NCBI GenBank assembly: GCA_963798485.1
Contig: CAWCTR010000014.1
Location: 128,001-192,000 of the forward strand
Direction: 5' to 3'
Source: an uncultured delta proteobacterium
Lineage (GTDB): Bacteria; Desulfobacterota; Desulfomonilia; UBA1062
DNA: 64,000 bases
Shown here piece by piece: positions 20,896 through 30,508 of the stretch. Both the position numbers and the translations under genes were made by a program. The first letter of the stretch is position 1; every line of letters begins with the position of its first letter. The notes below the pieces were generated by a model. That model was not told where the DNA came from. It worked only from the letters and a program-made list of their open reading frames with translations, and did no database searches.

Positions 20896-21440
20896 TGGAT
20901 AATGATCGGTACTATGTGATGGGACAAATGGTTGAAGCCGTGGCATTACTTACTGCCTCTCCAAAGGTAAATACTCTCCTTCCTGAGATACGGAGCAACC
21001 TGGTAATGGCTACAAAGGATGCAGTAACACCAGAAGACATAGCAGGTATCCCAGGCAGACTCACGGCTGTATTTGGAAGGATCACAGCTCCGTCCTACCC
21101 AGCATGGGGAGCTTCAAAATATACTGCACTGATCCTGCTGGAGGTTCGGAAGATCAGGCCGGAGATCCGTGCTGCAATGGAAATCAAGTATGATCCCAAA
21201 CTAGTGCATTTAATGCAGAGCCACAATATCTCGATTGCAAGGCTTGATATTCGTGAGGGTGACAGCCTGGATGCCATTTTAAAAGAATGTATGCATGAAG
21301 GGATATTACCGGATCTCTTTTATACTGAAGGTGGTTTTGCCAGGGAAGGAGCCATCATCATAACAGGTATTGATGCAGTGACAGTAGCTAAGCTGGTTGT
21401 GCAGATTGCTGATTGGTCAGCCGAATCATGTCAGAGCTGA
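20892..21440 (+). CDS. ThiN (thiamine-phosphate synthase)-like domain protein
   Basis: LPEIRSNLV, IAGIPGRL, P-WGASKY-A, IRAAMEIKY, GGFAREG. Confidence 0.7.
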   Translation: MMDNDRYYVMGQMVEAVALLTASPKVNTLLPEIRSNLVMATKDAVTPEDIAGIPGRLTAVFGRITAPSYPAWGASKYTALILLEVRKIRPEIRAAMEIKYDPKLVHLMQSHNISIARLDIREGDSLDAILKECMHEGILPDLFYTEGGFAREGAIIITGIDAVTVAKLVVQIADWSAESCQS

Positions 21441-21654
21441 GCTGTTGATACAGAAACCATGCTTTATCACTGTGACTACATCTCTTTAAGAGTGCCATTA
21501 ACAACCGTGGTGGATGAGACTGACAAGATAGTCTGTAAGGTTTACCACGTCATAGACAGACCTGCTGATTGTAAAGACATGGTGATATTGATTTCATCCT
21601 GTCTCAACACATAATAATATTTGTGAGATTGTCCAATGAAGAAGGGGTAAGAAA

Positions 21655-22089
21655 GTGGCTACATCATATGAGATCTTCAAAGATATAGAACTGGTTGTCG
21701 TAACCTCCTCAGGTCCGGCAATCACTGAAGAAGTCATTGATATGCTTATCCGGTTGCAGGCTGATCCGGATTTTTCAATAACCTATAATGTTTTGTGGGA
21801 TAGCAGAGAGAGAACTATTCCTTTCACTTCAGATGAGATCAGGAACTTGGTGTCCTATGTCCACCGTTACAAGGGAGATAAGATACCCAAACCTAAACGA
21901 GCATTTTTGGTTTCCAAAGATGTGGTCTTCGGCATGCTACGGGTGTATGAGAGCTATCGTTCTGGCATAAGTCATGCTGATATTCAGATTTTCAGAGATA
22001 GGGATGAAGCACTGAAGTGGTTGGGAGTTCATGATTATCCACTATTCTGTACTAACAACAGCTCTGGTAATGATGAAGAAAGTAAATAG
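21655..22089 (+). CDS. Hypothetical protein (STAS/SpoIIAA-like fold)
   Basis: LWDSR ... KRAFLV ... FGMLRVY ... IFRDRDEALKWL pattern. Confidence 0.6.
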   Translation: MATSYEIFKDIELVVVTSSGPAITEEVIDMLIRLQADPDFSITYNVLWDSRERTIPFTSDEIRNLVSYVHRYKGDKIPKPKRAFLVSKDVVFGMLRVYESYRSGISHADIQIFRDRDEALKWLGVHDYPLFCTNNSSGNDEESK

Positions 22090-22138
22090 TCCATTCTTCC
22101 AATATAGAGCTATGTCTTCGATTATCTAGGGTGGTGAA

Positions 22139-22549
22139 GTGGTAAAAGCCCTAGTAGTTATTGGAATATTCATCTCATTCCTTACTGCTACTATCCCTCT
22201 CTATGCCAATAAATATCAGCCTCTTCAAGAGAAGTGCACTGAACAGGCTAAGAAATTTGTTGAGCATCTTGATACTCCTACTACATATACTTGCCACTAC
22301 AATAAGAGACTGAAGAAGTGTTTCTTGTGCGTCCAGTTTAACATTGATCGGATAAAATTGAGAGGAGGAAAGACCAGGGTTCTTAAGCACCCTCAGAGGA
22401 TGGTGGTTCTCTATGATGTGCCGAAAGGTAAAATGATCGGCAATTGTACTTATGTAGGGATAGATAAGCAGGAGTGTTGGGTTAGAAAGACAAAATGCAA
22501 AACTAAGGATGAATTTGAAAAACTTATACGTCCATATATGGAAGAGTAG
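22139..22549 (+). CDS. Hypothetical secreted Cys-rich protein
   Basis: Signal peptide, several Cys; plausible SD. Confidence 0.55.
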   Translation: MVKALVVIGIFISFLTATIPLYANKYQPLQEKCTEQAKKFVEHLDTPTTYTCHYNKRLKKCFLCVQFNIDRIKLRGGKTRVLKHPQRMVVLYDVPKGKMIGNCTYVGIDKQECWVRKTKCKTKDEFEKLIRPYMEE

Positions 22550-22688
22550 TTGTAGGTGTAGCTGGAGGAGAACATTCTATTCTTTTTAGTTCTATTTCAA
22601 AGCTACTACAACTCAACCCTGGATGGTCGGTAAATATGCATGGGTACTGATCATCTCAGGTGGGCTAGATCAGGACTGATATCAATTT

Positions 22689-23006
22689 CTATTTGTTATC
22701 TGTATCCTCATGCTCTTCCAGGACAATGTCATCAACATCCACAGTATATTCGGCATCAACTTCACTAACAACCTCGATCACATCAGTCCTCTCTTCCTGA
22801 GCAAATATGACTGGTTCTGTCTTACCAAAGTAGGCTGATCGTCTCCTTCTCTTCCTTTTGTGAGTCCCCTTTGCCTCATCATCGTTCTGATTGACACCAC
22901 AGGAGGGGCAAAGTGGTTCTGGTCTGCCTAAGTCATAAAACTTAGTCCCACACTTATAACACTTGTATCGTGTACCGAGATCCACCGGAGTAATATCCTT
23001 CTTCAA
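22689..23006 (-). CDS. FYDLN acid domain protein (TIGR02300-like)
   Basis: LGTRYKCYKCGTKFYDLGR...CPSCG followed by an acidic tail. Confidence 0.85.
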   Translation of the reverse strand: MKKDITPVDLGTRYKCYKCGTKFYDLGRPEPLCPSCGVNQNDDEAKGTHKRKRRRRSAYFGKTEPVIFAQEERTDVIEVVSEVDAEYTVDVDDIVLEEHEDTDNK

Positions 23007-23075
23007 AAGACAGGGGCATGCAACCTAAACCAGCACACCCCTGTCAGATCAGGCCGAAGCTATTATAGATAACTT

Positions 23076-23594
23076 TTACTGTTCTTTAGGTTCATGCCGG
23101 AAATCTTTGCCATGTTGTGAATGCTGTTTTCCCCTCATCTCGTGGAACTTAACCATGAGCTGGTGGGAACGATCCGATCCGAGGATCCTTTTTATACCAA
23201 GTATATATTTGATATGTTCATCCGAAATCTTCAGCTTGTCTTCTGAAACCACCTTGTTCTGGGCAAGCACAGATGCCTCATCAACGGTATCTTTCTCAAG
23301 CATATCATGCAGTTTGAATCGGTCTTTCATGAGAGAGCTTTTGAGATCAATAAGTGTATCACGGTTATTTACGAACAGATTATCCAATGACTGCTTCTCT
23401 CCGGCAGTAAGCTTGAGTTCCTTGGACAGCTCTGGAGACTGCCACCACTTGAAGTTGTGCATGCCTTGGTGCATGCAGTGATGCATTTCCATTGCCTGGG
23501 CTTGCATTGTTCCAAAAAGAATGATCATTGCTGAGCAGACAAGCATTTTGAAGAGCTGTATTTTCCTCTGACCTAAATCCAATTGGCTTTTCAT
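23076..23594 (-). CDS. Spy/CpxP family periplasmic protein
   Basis: Signal peptide, Met/His-rich segment, KWWQ...ELKLT, helical LTxxQ-like repeats; SD GGAGG before ATG 23594. Confidence 0.75.
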   Translation of the reverse strand: MKSQLDLGQRKIQLFKMLVCSAMIILFGTMQAQAMEMHHCMHQGMHNFKWWQSPELSKELKLTAGEKQSLDNLFVNNRDTLIDLKSSLMKDRFKLHDMLEKDTVDEASVLAQNKVVSEDKLKISDEHIKYILGIKRILGSDRSHQLMVKFHEMRGKQHSQHGKDFRHEPKEQ

Positions 23595-23726
23595 AGTTCC
23601 TCCATAGTCATTTTCTAATTTCTTAAGACGTATAGAACATCGATGTTGTCTACATCTGGCATGGTGAGATGCTATGCCCAAGGATTGAGCAGTCACATTA
23701 AAGGTGGAGAGAGGTAAGGTATTAGA

Positions 23727-24258
23727 TTAGAACGATATCCACAGCACCAGATCATTATCTCTGACTGTAATACTTTTTAAGATCAGTCGGGCAAGGTTTT
23801 GTTTGTAGTCATCCTGCTTTAATTTATAGATCGGGTAATCTTCAAATATGTTTTTTACTACCAATGAGATAATACCCATAGCTTTGTCATTTTCGGAGAT
23901 AGTCTCATTGTTCATGGTCAGTTGAACTATTTCAAAATCACTCAGATAAAAGGATGTTTTTCCCGGTTTATAAACAGGCTTACACATGAATGCAATGTTC
24001 CCATTAATCTTTCTCAGAAGAAGAGAACCAGTATATTGGGCTGAGATACCGATACTATTACCCTGAAAAAAGACATTGGGTGAGAAAAACTTAATGGTTG
24101 CTGCAAGTGGCTTCTTCTCAAACTTTTTTCTCAAGAGGGAACTTCTTTTCGGTCATCTGTTGTAAGGTTGCCAGTGGTATAATGATTTCTTTCTCAAGAC
24201 CCAGGCATCCTGTGAATACAACCAACAAAACTAACATAGGTATAATCATTTTCTTCAT
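23727..24258 (-). pseudogene. DUF1439-like lipoprotein, frameshifted
   Basis: Lipobox FTGC and EKKFPLEKK in one frame; remainder (...PIYKL...ITVRDNDL) in another; shift near the T6 run at 24124-24129. Confidence 0.65.
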
Positions 24259-24425
24259 AAATATCCTCAGACAGGCAGTCACTCTATTGACGTAGTAGAC
24301 ATCATATACCATAGGTTTTTATGCAATAAACTTTGAAATAATAGGCCATAGATGATCCCGTATTATCTTCTCTACATAGCATTTAGGATTGTCACCAACA
24401 ACACTGTGGAGGTAAGTAATCAGTA

Positions 24426-25571
24426 ATGCCATTCTTCCTACTCACAGTCCTCAGCATTTATAGTGCAGTTCATGTATATACCTTCTTCAAGGTAAAGGCT
24501 GCTTTCCCCTTCGGACTCAGAAAAGGTATTCTCCTGGGTATCCTCTTTGCTTTCATGGAGTGCTCCCTAATTCTTATCCGAATTTTGGTCAGGTATGGTT
24601 ATGATTCTCCAGCCAGGGTGTTAGCTTACATAGGCTATTGTTGGATGGGTGTTCTTTTTCTCTTCTTTACGTTATCTATCCTGACAGATCTTTATTGCTT
24701 ATCATTGAAAGTTATCAGCCTGGTCTTTCATAAAGATATGACCTCTCTCATACCTTCGGCAAAGCAGATACTTCTGATACCCCTTTTCCTTGGTCTCTCC
24801 TTTTCCCTCTATGGATACTTCGAAGCCCTGAACATACGACCAGTACACATAACTATCAGATCACCCAAAATCCCAGAAGCTGTTGGTCATATTCGGATTG
24901 CCCAGATCTCTGATGTCCATATGGGTCTTATTGTCCAGGAAGACAGGATAAGAAAAATGATCAAAGTGATACAGGAGGCTCACCCTGATATCCTCATATC
25001 CACTGGGGACTTTGTGGATGGACAAATGGATAATCTTGCTGGCTTTGCAGATCTGTTTAAAGAGATCAAGACACGATATGGGAAATATGCAATCACAGGG
25101 AATCATGAATTTCATGCTGGTATAGCTGAGGGTATTGAGATTAACAGAAGAGCAGGGTTTACTATGCTAAGAGGTCAGGCTGTGACAGTTGCTGGCCTTA
25201 TCAATATAGCTGGTGTTGACTATTCCTTCGGAAGACATAGTGGTATATCTGAGAAGAACATACTTTCAAAACTCCCATTGGATAAGTTCACGATTCTTCT
25301 CAAGCATGCTCCTGTTGTGGATCAGAGTGCCCTGGGTTTATATGACCTTCAACTTTCAGGGCATACCCATGGGGGACAGATCTTCCCCTTCCGGCTTATC
25401 ATTAGGATTTTTACTCCCTATGTCATGGGATGGTACAATCTTCCTTATGGATCTCACCTGTACGTTAGTAAGGGAACAGGGACTTGGGGTGCTCCAATAC
25501 GGTTCCTTTCACCACCGGAGGTCACTGTGATTGATCTTATTCATGGCAACCAACTTCGACCCAACACTTAA
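24426..25571 (+). CDS. Membrane-anchored metallophosphoesterase (YkuE-like)
   Basis: SDVH, TGDFVD, GNHE, LLKH, SGHTHGGQ. Confidence 0.92.
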   Translation: MPFFLLTVLSIYSAVHVYTFFKVKAAFPFGLRKGILLGILFAFMECSLILIRILVRYGYDSPARVLAYIGYCWMGVLFLFFTLSILTDLYCLSLKVISLVFHKDMTSLIPSAKQILLIPLFLGLSFSLYGYFEALNIRPVHITIRSPKIPEAVGHIRIAQISDVHMGLIVQEDRIRKMIKVIQEAHPDILISTGDFVDGQMDNLAGFADLFKEIKTRYGKYAITGNHEFHAGIAEGIEINRRAGFTMLRGQAVTVAGLINIAGVDYSFGRHSGISEKNILSKLPLDKFTILLKHAPVVDQSALGLYDLQLSGHTHGGQIFPFRLIIRIFTPYVMGWYNLPYGSHLYVSKGTGTWGAPIRFLSPPEVTVIDLIHGNQLRPNT

Positions 25572-26122
25572 TCAATGTAGTCCACTGATCCCTTCCTATT
25601 ACGTTCATTAGAAGTATATTTGTTCTCAGCTGCTGCATAACCAATGGCGACAGCACACTTAAGCCCATAGCCGTCAGGGATACCTGCCTCTTTTGAAAGG
25701 TCACTGTTGCTCTCACCATTCAATGCCAGTGTCGGACTGACAAGGAAGCATGATCCAAACCCCAGAGCAGTAGCTTCCAGGAGCATGTTTTGTGCAGCAA
25801 GAGCTGCATTAACTGCTCCATATGGAGAATTATCAGGAGCTGAGAGCAGGATCAACATTGGTGCTCCATACAGAGGCTGATATCCTGGCAGAGCTGCTCT
25901 CTGTTGTAGGAATTCAAGGCTAGAATGCACCATTGCATCGAGTGTCCGATCATTTATCTTTTTACGAAGCTCTGCATTGCGGATGATGGAGATCTGAAAT
26001 GGTCCGGCATTCGGAGCCCACCGACCAGCTTCGATTATCTTCTCCAGATCATCAGCAGGAACTGGTTTATCCAAGTATGCTCTGATACTTTTCCTCTTTA
26101 ATATTGCCTCTGTGATATTCAT
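25568..26122 (-). CDS. Nitroreductase family protein
   Basis: RKSIRAY, WAPNA, AAQNMLLEATALGFGSC, IGY. Confidence 0.92.
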   Translation of the reverse strand: MNITEAILKRKSIRAYLDKPVPADDLEKIIEAGRWAPNAGPFQISIIRNAELRKKINDRTLDAMVHSSLEFLQQRAALPGYQPLYGAPMLILLSAPDNSPYGAVNAALAAQNMLLEATALGFGSCFLVSPTLALNGESNSDLSKEAGIPDGYGLKCAVAIGYAAAENKYTSNERNRKGSVDYID

Positions 26123-26206
26123 TCTCGTTCTCCCTCTTGGTCATCAGTTCTGCACAACAATAGTACTCACCTTAGGTATAGGCAAAGCATTTGGAGGTAC
26201 ATTATC

Positions 26207-26950
26207 TCATATGTGATGATTGAATGTTTTCCGTCCTCCAAACAGAGCCAACTCAAAGACCTTGAAGAAACAATCCACATCTTGAAAGCCTATGTCACGA
26301 AGCCATTGACACTGTGTTTCAACGGGGGCAAGAATATTTTCTAGCTTGTCAGGCCGATAATAGTATACCTCTTCGATCTCCTTCCTTGTTTAACTTGGGC
26401 TGGCATTGCTGTGGAATTGCATGAGGTGATCAACAAAGAAGCTGTCAAAAAGCTTACTTACTGAAGGGGTTGTTGGACTAACATGATCAAGGTTTAAGAA
26501 AAGGCCATCTTCATTGAGAAGTCCATAGATCTCGGCATACAACTCCCTCTTTCTATCATCTGGTTGATGATGGATGGCAAATCCCGATACAATAATATCA
26601 AAAGGCTTTTCTAGTTCAATCCCATTAGTCCAAGCCGATGTTGCAAAATCTATATTGATGACCGTTGCATGTTTATTAATACCGATCTGGTTATGTAACT
26701 TATCCAGCATAGGTTCGGAAAAATCAGCAAAGATCACATGAACTGTGGGGTGCTCATCAAGTAGCATTCGACCAAGAATTCCATCTCCACACCCCAGGTC
26801 TAAAATCTTGGATGGCAGAGGGCACCACTCACTTACAATCTTACTGATTACTTCCAGCTGGAAGTCTGCTACAGGAATAGCTCCTCTAACCCCTTCTAAG
26901 AAGGTCCGTGCACTCTCCTTGGTTTGCCATTTACTGTGATATTCATTCAT
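26207..26950 (-). pseudogene. Class I SAM-dependent methyltransferase with internal nonsense codon
   Basis: LDLGCGDG motif; after TAA at 26390-26392 the frame continues with the typical tail QCQWLRDIGFQDVDCFFKVFELALFGGRK to TGA at 26207. Confidence 0.8.
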
Positions 26951-27013
26951 TCCTATTCCTCAAACTGGTCTGATTAAAACTCAACTTAAGTTTCATCATA
27001 ATAATGACGAACT

Positions 27014-27493
27014 ATGTATAGATATAGGATAACCTCGGTTCTCAATAAAGCCCATAAGGAGGGGATGATGTCAACAGTGTCAGGAATCTCATCTGTGAAC
27101 TATCAGTACCAGACTAATACACAAAACACCTTCAAGCAGGACTTTCAGGCTCTGAGCAATGCCCTTCAATCCGGTAATTTATCAGCTGCCCAGTCAGCAT
27201 TCTCAGCACTTCAGACAGCTATGCAGGGTAATCAGTCAAACGGAACACAGCAGCAAAGTCAGAACAGTACATTAACCACCGACTTCAACAACCTTGCAAG
27301 TGCTCTGCAATCAGGTAATTTAGCAAGTGCCCAGTCAGCATTTGCCACTCTGCAACAGGCCATGCAGCAGGTTCAGCAGGGTCAGGGTCATCATCATCAC
27401 CATCATCACCAAACCGATAGTACAACTGCTTCAACCGATCAGACTAGTGGAACGACTAGTATGACTGGTACCACCGTCAATGTTACAACCTGA
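27014..27493 (+). CDS. Gln/Ser-rich helical-repeat protein with a poly-His tract
   Basis: Two copies of F..L..ALQSGNL..AQSAF..LQ, then His7; true start probably near 27065. Confidence 0.7.
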   Translation: MYRYRITSVLNKAHKEGMMSTVSGISSVNYQYQTNTQNTFKQDFQALSNALQSGNLSAAQSAFSALQTAMQGNQSNGTQQQSQNSTLTTDFNNLASALQSGNLASAQSAFATLQQAMQQVQQGQGHHHHHHHQTDSTTASTDQTSGTTSMTGTTVNVTT

Positions 27494-27569
27494 GGGAGAA
27501 TCGGAAGATCAGTTATCAGTAATGATAGAGATTTATAAGGATTGAGTGATCCATCTATCTCCCTGTTTG

Positions 27570-28166
27570 TCATTCTCTTTTAGCTATTAAAATGTCTTGA
27601 TCGAGGTCTTGTAAGAATGCCCAGAGCATATTGACCCAAACCTGATATGTCACAATATTAGGAGAGTGGGTTTTTGTCAGAGGTAGAAGGAAAAGATGAT
27701 ACCATGTAACAATATAATTGTTGTACTGATACTGCTTTATGACCTTGTCACCCTTCTTGACATCAATAGTGAGAGTGAAATTATCTGTTGACCTAACAGG
27801 AATGAGTCCTAAGGATAGACCCAAGATTATTCCACATATAGCTGCTGAATCCTCATCACCATCATTTCTCATGATAATAGAAAAGTGATAATCCGATTTG
27901 CCGTTTCCTACATTATATTTCGAGAAAAGATTGCTTTGGGCAAAGATACTGTTGATCTCTCCCTGGAACACAGGTAATACCATTGAATTATCTCGGTTAT
28001 TCCATAAGTACTTTACATCATAATCAATGGATGGTTTTGTTTCCGGCGGCTTAACTTGATAGGATTTAGGAAAGTCATGGCCCAGAAAGCTTGCACATCC
28101 TGAGAAGGAGGAACAAATAAATAAAAGAATTAGACACCGTACACTAAGAAATAAATCAGATTTCAT
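27570..28166 (-). CDS. Hypothetical lipoprotein
   Basis: Lipobox FSGC; paralog of the upstream gene. Confidence 0.7.
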   Translation of the reverse strand: MKSDLFLSVRCLILLFICSSFSGCASFLGHDFPKSYQVKPPETKPSIDYDVKYLWNNRDNSMVLPVFQGEINSIFAQSNLFSKYNVGNGKSDYHFSIIMRNDGDEDSAAICGIILGLSLGLIPVRSTDNFTLTIDVKKGDKVIKQYQYNNYIVTWYHLFLLPLTKTHSPNIVTYQVWVNMLWAFLQDLDQDILIAKRE

Positions 28167-28180
28167 AAACTACCTCCATG

Positions 28181-28801
28181 CTAAGGCTGACGTGTATGCT
28201 CAAGAGCAACATCCTTTCGGAAATCATGTAGGAATGCCATGAACATCTGATTCATTACCTGTCTATCTGCATCAACTGGAAAATGTGAAGGAGTCAGAAC
28301 AACGAGAAATAGATCTAGCCAAACTGTAACATAATCCTTATACTCATATTGTTTTAAGAACTGATCACCCTTACTAACATCAACATTAAGAGTATAGTCT
28401 TCCTCGATATATGCTGGAAGAATTGTCCCAGTAATTACGTATAGGATTAAAAGAGACATGGAAAAATGCTGCCTTATATCAAACGAAAAAGAGAAGTGGT
28501 AATCTGCAGTTCCTATACCAGAACTGAATTTTGAGAAGCAATTGTTCTGGGCAAAACTCTTATTGATATATTCTTCGAATGACTTCTCTCTGGTGGCACC
28601 TTGGTATTGACTCCCCTCCACGACTAATGATTTGATATCAAAGTCAATTGATGGTTTATTTGGCATTGGCTGGAATTGCTCATTGGTATAATTAGGGAAA
28701 TCTTTATTTATAAAGCTGGCACAGCCTGACACTGATAAAGACAATGCAAAATACAAAATAACATATCGGAAACCGATGTCATTTAAACAATTCAAATTCA
28801 T
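28181..28801 (-). CDS. Hypothetical lipoprotein
   Basis: Lipobox VSGC; shares GCASF..DFP, KPSID, DYHFS, KGD...KQY.Y with the downstream gene. Confidence 0.7.
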   Translation of the reverse strand: MNLNCLNDIGFRYVILYFALSLSVSGCASFINKDFPNYTNEQFQPMPNKPSIDFDIKSLVVEGSQYQGATREKSFEEYINKSFAQNNCFSKFSSGIGTADYHFSFSFDIRQHFSMSLLILYVITGTILPAYIEEDYTLNVDVSKGDQFLKQYEYKDYVTVWLDLFLVVLTPSHFPVDADRQVMNQMFMAFLHDFRKDVALEHTRQP

Positions 28802-29097
28802 TCACCCTGTTCTTTATAAGAGCACATTAGGCCAATTGCAAAACTACTTCAAGGTAATTCTGTCGAATTTTGGTGTCCAGTGATATAAGTAAGCCATACA
28901 AGTTGTATGAAGCATTAAAATCCGTGCAGAATACCCTATCCATGATAAAATAAGACGCATCTATGGTTGTTTCTCGTATATATAATGAATATGAACGATA
29001 ATCATATCTGTAAACGTATAACGTTAATGCTTTACTAACATTTGACGATAATATATATTAATAGGGTTTTCATTAAAATATAAGAAGAAGGTAGAAC

Positions 29098-29727
29098 ATG
29101 ATTGCTCAGAGAAAACCAAAAACCTTTGGTTACCTTCGTGTCTCAACCTCCTCTCAGGACACAGAAAAATTCAAAGCTGAGATCCTAAGCTTTGCTAATA
29201 TTCACGACTTCGGCAAAGTAGAGTTCATTGAAGAAACAGAATCAGGGAAGAAGCACTGGAGAGAAAGAAGGTTAGGGGAACTTGTGGAATCTCTTCAGTC
29301 AGGAGATCATATTATAGCTCCCGAAATGTCTAGATATGGTCGCTCAATGTTAGAAGTTTTGGAAATCCTCAAGGTATGTAAGGACAAGGACATCTCTGTC
29401 TATGCGATCAAGGGTAACTATTCCCTCAATGGGTCTATGGAATCTAAGATCGTTGCCACTATCCTGGCATTAGTGAGTGAACTGGAGCATGATTTTATCG
29501 TATCCAGAACTAAAGAAGCATTAGCTGCTAAGAAAGCTCAAGGAGTCATTTTGGGTAGACCAAAAGGTCCTGGTAAATCAAAACTAGACCAATATAAGCC
29601 TGAGATAGAGGCACTTCTTAAAAATGGGTCTACAAAAGTATTTATTTCAAAGCGTTATAAAACTACCCCTGCAAATCTTTACAATTGGATGAAGCAGAAT
29701 AAAATTATCATCAATAAATCCAAATAA
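29098..29727 (+). CDS. Serine recombinase (Pin/resolvase family)
   Basis: GYLRVST, EMSRYGRS, LGRPKG, C-terminal HTH. Confidence 0.93.
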   Translation: MIAQRKPKTFGYLRVSTSSQDTEKFKAEILSFANIHDFGKVEFIEETESGKKHWRERRLGELVESLQSGDHIIAPEMSRYGRSMLEVLEILKVCKDKDISVYAIKGNYSLNGSMESKIVATILALVSELEHDFIVSRTKEALAAKKAQGVILGRPKGPGKSKLDQYKPEIEALLKNGSTKVFISKRYKTTPANLYNWMKQNKIIINKSK

Positions 29728-30019
29728 GACCAACTGGAGATTAATAATGCCTATTATAAAAACTATAAACAGTAGAGATATTACTTTAGTTCAAAGATCA
29801 GGACAACAGGATGGTCAACAAGATAGTCAGTCTGGTGGTGGGTGCCATACGACTAGAATAACAATAGAGACAAGAAGTAATATGTCAGGTCCAGAAGGGA
29901 AACCAAAAGATAATGAAGTAATAGGTGGTCCCCTCTGTGCCAATGAGAGTGAGACACTTTCCCCCCAATAGTTTAGTGTAGGGCGGGAAGGGAAAATATG
30001 AGTGGAAAAGAAAGAAGGC

Positions 30020-30508
30020 ATGATTAACGGTTCTAATCTTAAAGATGAGGAAATGGAAGGAGCCCGTAGGGCGACTGGAATTTCCTCATCTTTGGCCCCT
30101 CACAGATCCAGGGGCATCAGTGTTGTTCCAGATCCGGAGGTTCCGGAGAAGGCGACCCGAAGGAGATTTACTGCGGAATACAAGCTCCGTATCCTCAGGG
30201 AAGCACAGGGCTGTGGAGATCAGCGCCAAGTTGGCGCCCTTTTACGCAGGGAGGGCTTGTATTACTCCAACCTGACCACGTGGCGCAAGCAGGTGGAAAA
30301 GGGGACATTGGAGGCCCTTACCTCAAAGAAAAGAGGGCCCAAAGCCAAGAAGCCAAATCCGTATGCCCGCCGCATCGCAGAGCAAGAAAAAGAGAACTTG
30401 AAGCTGCGTTCACAGCTGAGAAAAGCCGGGCTCATCATCGAGGCTCAAAAAAAAATTGCGGCACTCTTTCAATCACACCTGGATCCGGAGGAAGGGGAGA
30501 TATCATGA
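30020..30508 (+). CDS. IS3-family transposase OrfA
   Basis: RRRFTAEYKLRIL HTH and leucine zipper; A9 slippery run at 30447-30455 could allow -1 frameshift into OrfB; start approximate. Confidence 0.88.
   Translation: MINGSNLKDEEMEGARRATGISSSLAPHRSRGISVVPDPEVPEKATRRRFTAEYKLRILREAQGCGDQRQVGALLRREGLYYSNLTTWRKQVEKGTLEALTSKKRGPKAKKPNPYARRIAEQEKENLKLRSQLRKAGLIIEAQKKIAALFQSHLDPEEGEIS

Noticed and set aside
26390-26392. Recoded stop (Sec/Pyl) in the methyltransferase
   Set aside because: The codon is TAA, not TGA or TAG; a simple nonsense mutation is more likely.
27388-27409. His7 tract as a sign of an engineered tag
   Set aside because: Internal, mixed CAT/CAC codons, natural low-complexity context and no vector sequence nearby.
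19649-28801. Integron cassette array explaining the solitary cargo genes
   Set aside because: Mixed gene orientations, no RYYYAAC...GTTRRRY attC sites seen (the hairpin near 22548-22613 has the wrong polarity) and no IntI-type integrase.
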